DNA of 64,000 nucleotides from Eledone cirrhosa (Eukaryota): contig CAXHJY010000821.1 of assembly GCA_964016885.1 (NCBI GenBank), positions 1-64,000 on the forward strand. The letters are read 5' to 3'. Every line of letters begins with the position of its first letter. Within the stretch, counting starts at the first letter, position 1. Position numbers and translations under genes: made by a program. The notes below the pieces were generated by a model that saw only the letters and a program-made list of their open reading frames with translations, made no database searches and was not told the origin of the DNA. Shown here piece after piece: positions 59,195-64,000 of the stretch.

Positions 59195-59849
59195 TTATCA
59201 TTTGATAATGATGTATATATATATATATGTGAGTGTATATGTACATATATAAGTATACATATGCATGCATATACATACAGTACACACACAAATACATTTC
59301 CCTAATCATTTCTATCTTCTCTGAAGACAAAGTAAAATGAACAGAATTAGTCATTAATTCCCAATGTTAATGTTCAGATTGTGATATATAAATACATCTA
59401 TTATATATATGAGTAATGGAGATTGAGCAAGGTTTTTTTTATTACTTGTTTTTTTTTGTTTTTTTTTGTAGAAACATGTGTCAGAAGAATGAAATCTCTT
59501 AATTTTTCATCTTTGGTATGTATGTTGTTTTGGTTTTATAATTTTATAAATGTTTACCAATAGAGAGAGAGAGAGAGTCGGTTTCTAATATAGACGCAAG
59601 ACTCTTTTATTGGAATTTAGACATCAACTAGGTAGATATGTATGCATGCATGTGCGTGTGCAGGTATGGATGATATGTGTGGATGTGAATGTTTTGAGTT
59701 ATATGTGCATATGTTTTGTATCTGTACATGTGTATATGCAGTTATTACATGCAGAATTAGTGGAATGTTTTACATATTTTTACTGTTTCATTAATGTATT
59801 GTACTTGTAATTTCCTAACTAGTCGTGTTCTTTCTGTTTCTGTGAAGCA

Positions 59850-60385
59850 CAGCAATTACTAACATATCCCAGTGCCCCAATAATCACAGGCATAAATCTG
59901 AAAGCATAATCAGTGTGGAGTATCTGCAGGTTCCTCATTTGTTCTGCATAGATATTCTCCTTTTCACTAGTCTTTAATATTATACTGGCATCTGCTAGGC
60001 AGCTGGCCTCCACTACTGTGCATGCGTTCTTTTCCCAGCCCCATACCATTTTATCTGGTCCGTTATACTTGAATTTTATTGGGGTTTTGACAGGAACATT
60101 CCACCAGTACTCATTCATATTATGTATGCATTTGTCTTCCACATTGCTGCAGCTTTTAATAAGTTTATCGTTTGGATGGGGGGGGGGGGATCTTTTCTAC
60201 AGATTGCATTGTATAGTGCTATAGGTAGATAGTACCGTGATAATATCTTTGGACAGCTGCTAATGACATGGGTGACATCTTCGATGTTAATTCTGCAGTC
60301 TGCATTTGTTGTCAAATCTAGATGTTTTGCCTGCATCCCTATCTCTTTTGTGAATCAGGTATTTTGTATTGATTCCTGTTCTTGG
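59850..60385 (-). mobile_element. Degenerate R4/Dong-type LINE C-terminus (CCHC knuckle + restriction-like endonuclease)
   Basis: CR..IEDVTHVISSCP, then YWWNVPVKT..NGPDKMVW..CTVVEASC.AD..EKENIY..MPVIIGALG. Confidence 0.8.
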
Positions 60386-61921
60386 GTTGCATATGTATGT
60401 ATGGGTGTGTATGTATGTCCATACATGTGTGTGCATGTATGTATTAGGTACACACACACAAGATATATTAAAAAACTAATATGAGTGGATATTGAGGGTT
60501 CATTGCCAGGTGATATCAGCCCTGTAAAAGTGCTGCTAGGTAAAGGATACCAAAGGTATTCCCTACCAAGAGCTCAGGATATTCAGTAGAGTCAGAAGCC
60601 AATTTTGCTACACAAAATCCAGTAATTTTAACAAAAGTGTCAGAGTTGACAATTCAAGAAATTATGGTGAATTATATACGAGTATTGCCTTCAGAGAACT
60701 CATAATTTACTTAATGTATTGTCATTTGAAAATAAACAGGAAAAGTAATAAAGACAGCTTAACAATGGCAAGTTAGGTTTTGAATGTACACAGTTGTTAT
60801 ATAGAACATGTTAACTAAATTACTAAGTTGGTTTGTGCCAGTAAATGTTGCCATGGCAGTATTGGTAGAGCATGTAGTTACAGCCTTTTACATTCTGAGG
60901 TCATATGATTATTTTTATTATTATTATTATGGCCCTTTACATTCTGAGTTCAAATTGAGCCGAGGCTAGCTTTGGCATTCATCCTTGTGGGGCTGATAAA
61001 ATAAAGCACCAGTGATGCACTGGGGTTGATTTAATCGATTTTCCCCTCTTCCCTTCAAATTGTTGGCCTTGTGCCTAAATGAGAAAGCATTATTCATGTG
61101 ATATGAATGTGGTGGATTTGGAGAATTGGTTGAGCATTGGACAAAATGCTTTAGCAGTATTTGTTTAGGCTCTTTACATTCTCATTTCAAATTCTGCCAA
61201 AGTCAACTTTTCCTTTCATTCTACTGTGGTTGATAAAATAAAGTACAAGTCAAATACTGAGATTGATATAGCCAACTTTACTCAATCGTCAAATTCCTCT
61301 GGCCTTCTGACTAAACTAGAAACTCTTGTTCATGTGACAGAGTTATCAGTTAAAATAAATACTGAAATGCAACCATATTAGATTACAAATGATTAATTTA
61401 AGAATAAATTGAGCTTTGTAGTATTTCGATTCTGCAAGATTCTATAAACTAGGTAAATGTCTAACTGATAAGGGAAATACTCTCAGTGGCTGTATAGTAT
61501 AAATTATAGTTAAGTGGAGGTTGAAGTACTTAACTCTTCCATTATCATATATCTTATGAAACATGCTGCCCCTGATTTTCAAATAATTTGGAAGGATTTC
61601 GTAAAATAACTAAATTCTCATTTTTAAGCGTGTATTTGCAGCATAACTTAACAAAGGTTCTTAAATAATGATGGAGGGTTTTTAGATAATTATAAACACT
61701 TTAAAATAAGCAGCTCACTATCATAAAACCAGGGGCAGTTTAAGACATCTTGTACTGATTAATCAGAAAATATTAAAAAAATTAATTTGTTAATTGGATA
61801 GACTGTTGTGAAAATTTACAGTAAATTAAAGTTAAGACTTAAAATGTTAATGTGATACAGCCATAGTGCTGTTTTATACTTTTCAAAAATGTCTTGCTAA
61901 TAGAGTTTTATGCAGTACAGG

Positions 61922-62153
61922 CAAGGCCATAGTTAGATCCTGGGGACCAGAGGCAGTTCAAGTTTGGTGGGCACCTCATATAACAACAAACACTTTAAGG
62001 GCTCCTTTTTAGCTCTGTTATTAAAAGTTAGGTGGGTTGAAGAGAGGGGTCCTGTTCAGAGAACATGGGGGAGGGGCTGAAGAGAGGGGACCCTGTTTGA
62101 CAACGAGTGCCCTCAGTATTTGCTCTCTGTGTCACCTGATATATCCAGACCTA
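61922..62153. mobile_element. hAT-type MITE (232 bp) inserted in an older MITE
   Basis: 8-bp direct repeat AGTACAGG at 61914-61921 and 62154-62161; eroded termini CAAGGCC / AGACCTA; the host element resumes after it. Confidence 0.7.
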
Positions 62154-62489
62154 AGTACAGGACATTAAGAATTAAATATGAGTGTGTAAGAATGAGGTGA
62201 TTGGAAATGTCAATCCATAACTACAAGACAAACTTATGAGAGCATCTCTTAGTAGTTATTTGACTAGCTAGAAATAGTAATTAAATCTTTCTCAAATTAC
62301 ACCCAATTGTTTTATAAAAGAAAAATGATTTGGATAATGTGGGCTTGCATGTACTCTATCTGAATTACAGAACGTGGAGATGGTCATGACTGGAATGTCT
62401 GATCATAGGTCTGCTCCATCAGACCTGACTTGGAGCCAAACAACAAATTTATGTTTAAAGGAAAAATATGTGCATGCATGTGTGCACAG

Positions 62490-62617
62490 GTGAGAGAAAG
62501 AGGGAGAGAGAGAGAGAGACAGAGAGAGAGAGAGAGACAGAGAGAGAAAGAGGGAGAGAGAGAGAAAGAGGGAGAGAGAGAGAAAGAGGGAGAGAGAGAG
62601 AAAGAGGGAGAGAGAGC
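62490..62617. repeat. (GA)-rich minisatellite with an 18-bp unit
   Basis: AGAGAGAAAGAGGGAGAG repeated about four times. Confidence 0.9.
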
Positions 62618-63541
62618 AGAAAACCATTAATATTTACATAAGATGAAATAACTATATGATCATTATATCATGAGTTGAGTGATATGTATACTGAAAATAT
62701 CAACATCTTGAAAAGGGTTCTGTAACGGTCAATAAAAGAGGTCACAATTTGAATGATGCATGATTACTGTAAATAATCTATTAGAAATAGTTTGATGTAA
62801 ATTATATGAACTAGAAAAACACAGACAACTATTTATAGTTAACAATTACAGAGAGAATGATTTGTGTACATAATGAAGACACACACTTCCTTCACAAAAG
62901 AAAGATGTTCTGTTATTAAGAAAAAGACAGATACAAGCAAGCAAATGTTCTCAATACTTGTCTATATACTCAGATCTTGTAGGCCACAATATAGATTTGT
63001 GAGACTCTCGTGAAGTGTAATTTTACAAAATATCATATCATGAAAATCAATAACATCTAATTTTAATCTGACCAATATGAAGTGGCCAACACCATATTAT
63101 TCTGTGTTCATTTTTTCTTCTTTGTATGTGAGTGGTAGTAAAACGAGAAAAATAATACAAAAAAAAAAAGAAAAAAGAAATGAAAAACATTACAAAAAAC
63201 GAAAAAAAAAACATTGCTGTGGGGGAAACTTCCAGACAGTATTTAACAAAAGAAGTTGACTACCCTTTTAAGAATCTGACCCTTATTCATATCAGCTACT
63301 CAATGGAAAATATCTTACTGTCTACAGGAGGCAGATTGAAAAAGAAAACGCATCTTAATAAATGGTATTTTTGAGGTTATATATATATTATTTACATTAT
63401 ATATATATATATATATATATACCTCCTTTGGAGATTGGACCTCAGACCAGGATCCCCACCACCTCTAATACCTACCACTAGGCCACCAAGACAGCAGGAA
63501 TTTGCTTTCGAAATGGCAAGAGCTCAGCCCCGACTCTCTAC

Positions 63542-64000
63542 TCATCATCATCATTTTACGTCCGCTTTTCCCTGCTTGCAAGGGTAGGACAGGTCCTATT
63601 CAGCACAGCATCTCTCCACTTGTCACAGTCCTTCCTCATCTCCACCGTGAGTTTCAGCGATCTGAGGTCTGCTCTCACCATCTCCGCCCAAGTTTTTCGT
63701 GGTCTTCCTCTACTGCGTCTTCCTTCTACTGTGATTTCTTGGCACTTCTTTACCCAGTACCCAGCCTCCATGCGCATCACATGTCCATACCATCGTAGTC
63801 TTCTCTCCCGCACACTACAACTTATCCCTCTCAAACACAGTTTCTCTCTCAACACATCGATGCTCGGAAGTTCACGCACATTGACATTGCACATCCAACG
63901 GAGCATGCTTGCTTCAATTCTCTCCAACCGTCGCAATCCTCTGCAGTTGCTGCCCATTGTCTCACTACCATGCAGCAGCGTGCACCTCACACAGGCATCA
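63542..64000 (-). mobile_element. RTE LINE 3' end (same family as 56195-56994); continues beyond the window
   Basis: ORF 63556-63990 LLHGSET..RRLRWYGHV..GRPRKTW..LASREKRT*; (GAT)n tail. Confidence 0.93.

Overview
AT-rich, repeat-dominated eukaryotic DNA. The tRNA-derived SINEs, RTE LINEs with (GAT)n tails and kilobase-long compound (TA/CA) microsatellites point to an octopus or other coleoid cephalopod (inference). No host protein-coding exon could be supported, and the long 'YIYI' ORFs are microsatellite artefacts. Recognisable mobile DNA: RTE-clade LINE pieces (an APE endonuclease 5' end, a copy with a twin-priming-type 5' inversion, copies with a PHD finger), a decayed L1/Tx1 ORF2, an R4/Dong-type fragment, a 5'-truncated Penelope-like element (RT + GIY-YIG, Hydra-clade-like), several SINE families, piggyBac- and hAT-type MITEs and a solo LTR. 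The main signal is that the short unique islands inside the TA microsatellites repeatedly carry type I hammerhead ribozymes: four complete, sequence-unrelated ones (6857-6922, 35604-35674, 51763-51817, 54260-54372) and about ten half or eroded ones. Many sit in fold-back palindromes that turn at ribozyme stem II or begin at the predicted cleavage site. This suggests a diverse system of microsatellite-targeted ribozyme mini-elements mobilised by Penelope-like elements. A strong minus-strand recursive-splice motif (T21-AG|GTAAGT with an 87-nt RS-exon) at about 45750 suggests the window lies in a very long intron. All folds and alignments were done by eye.
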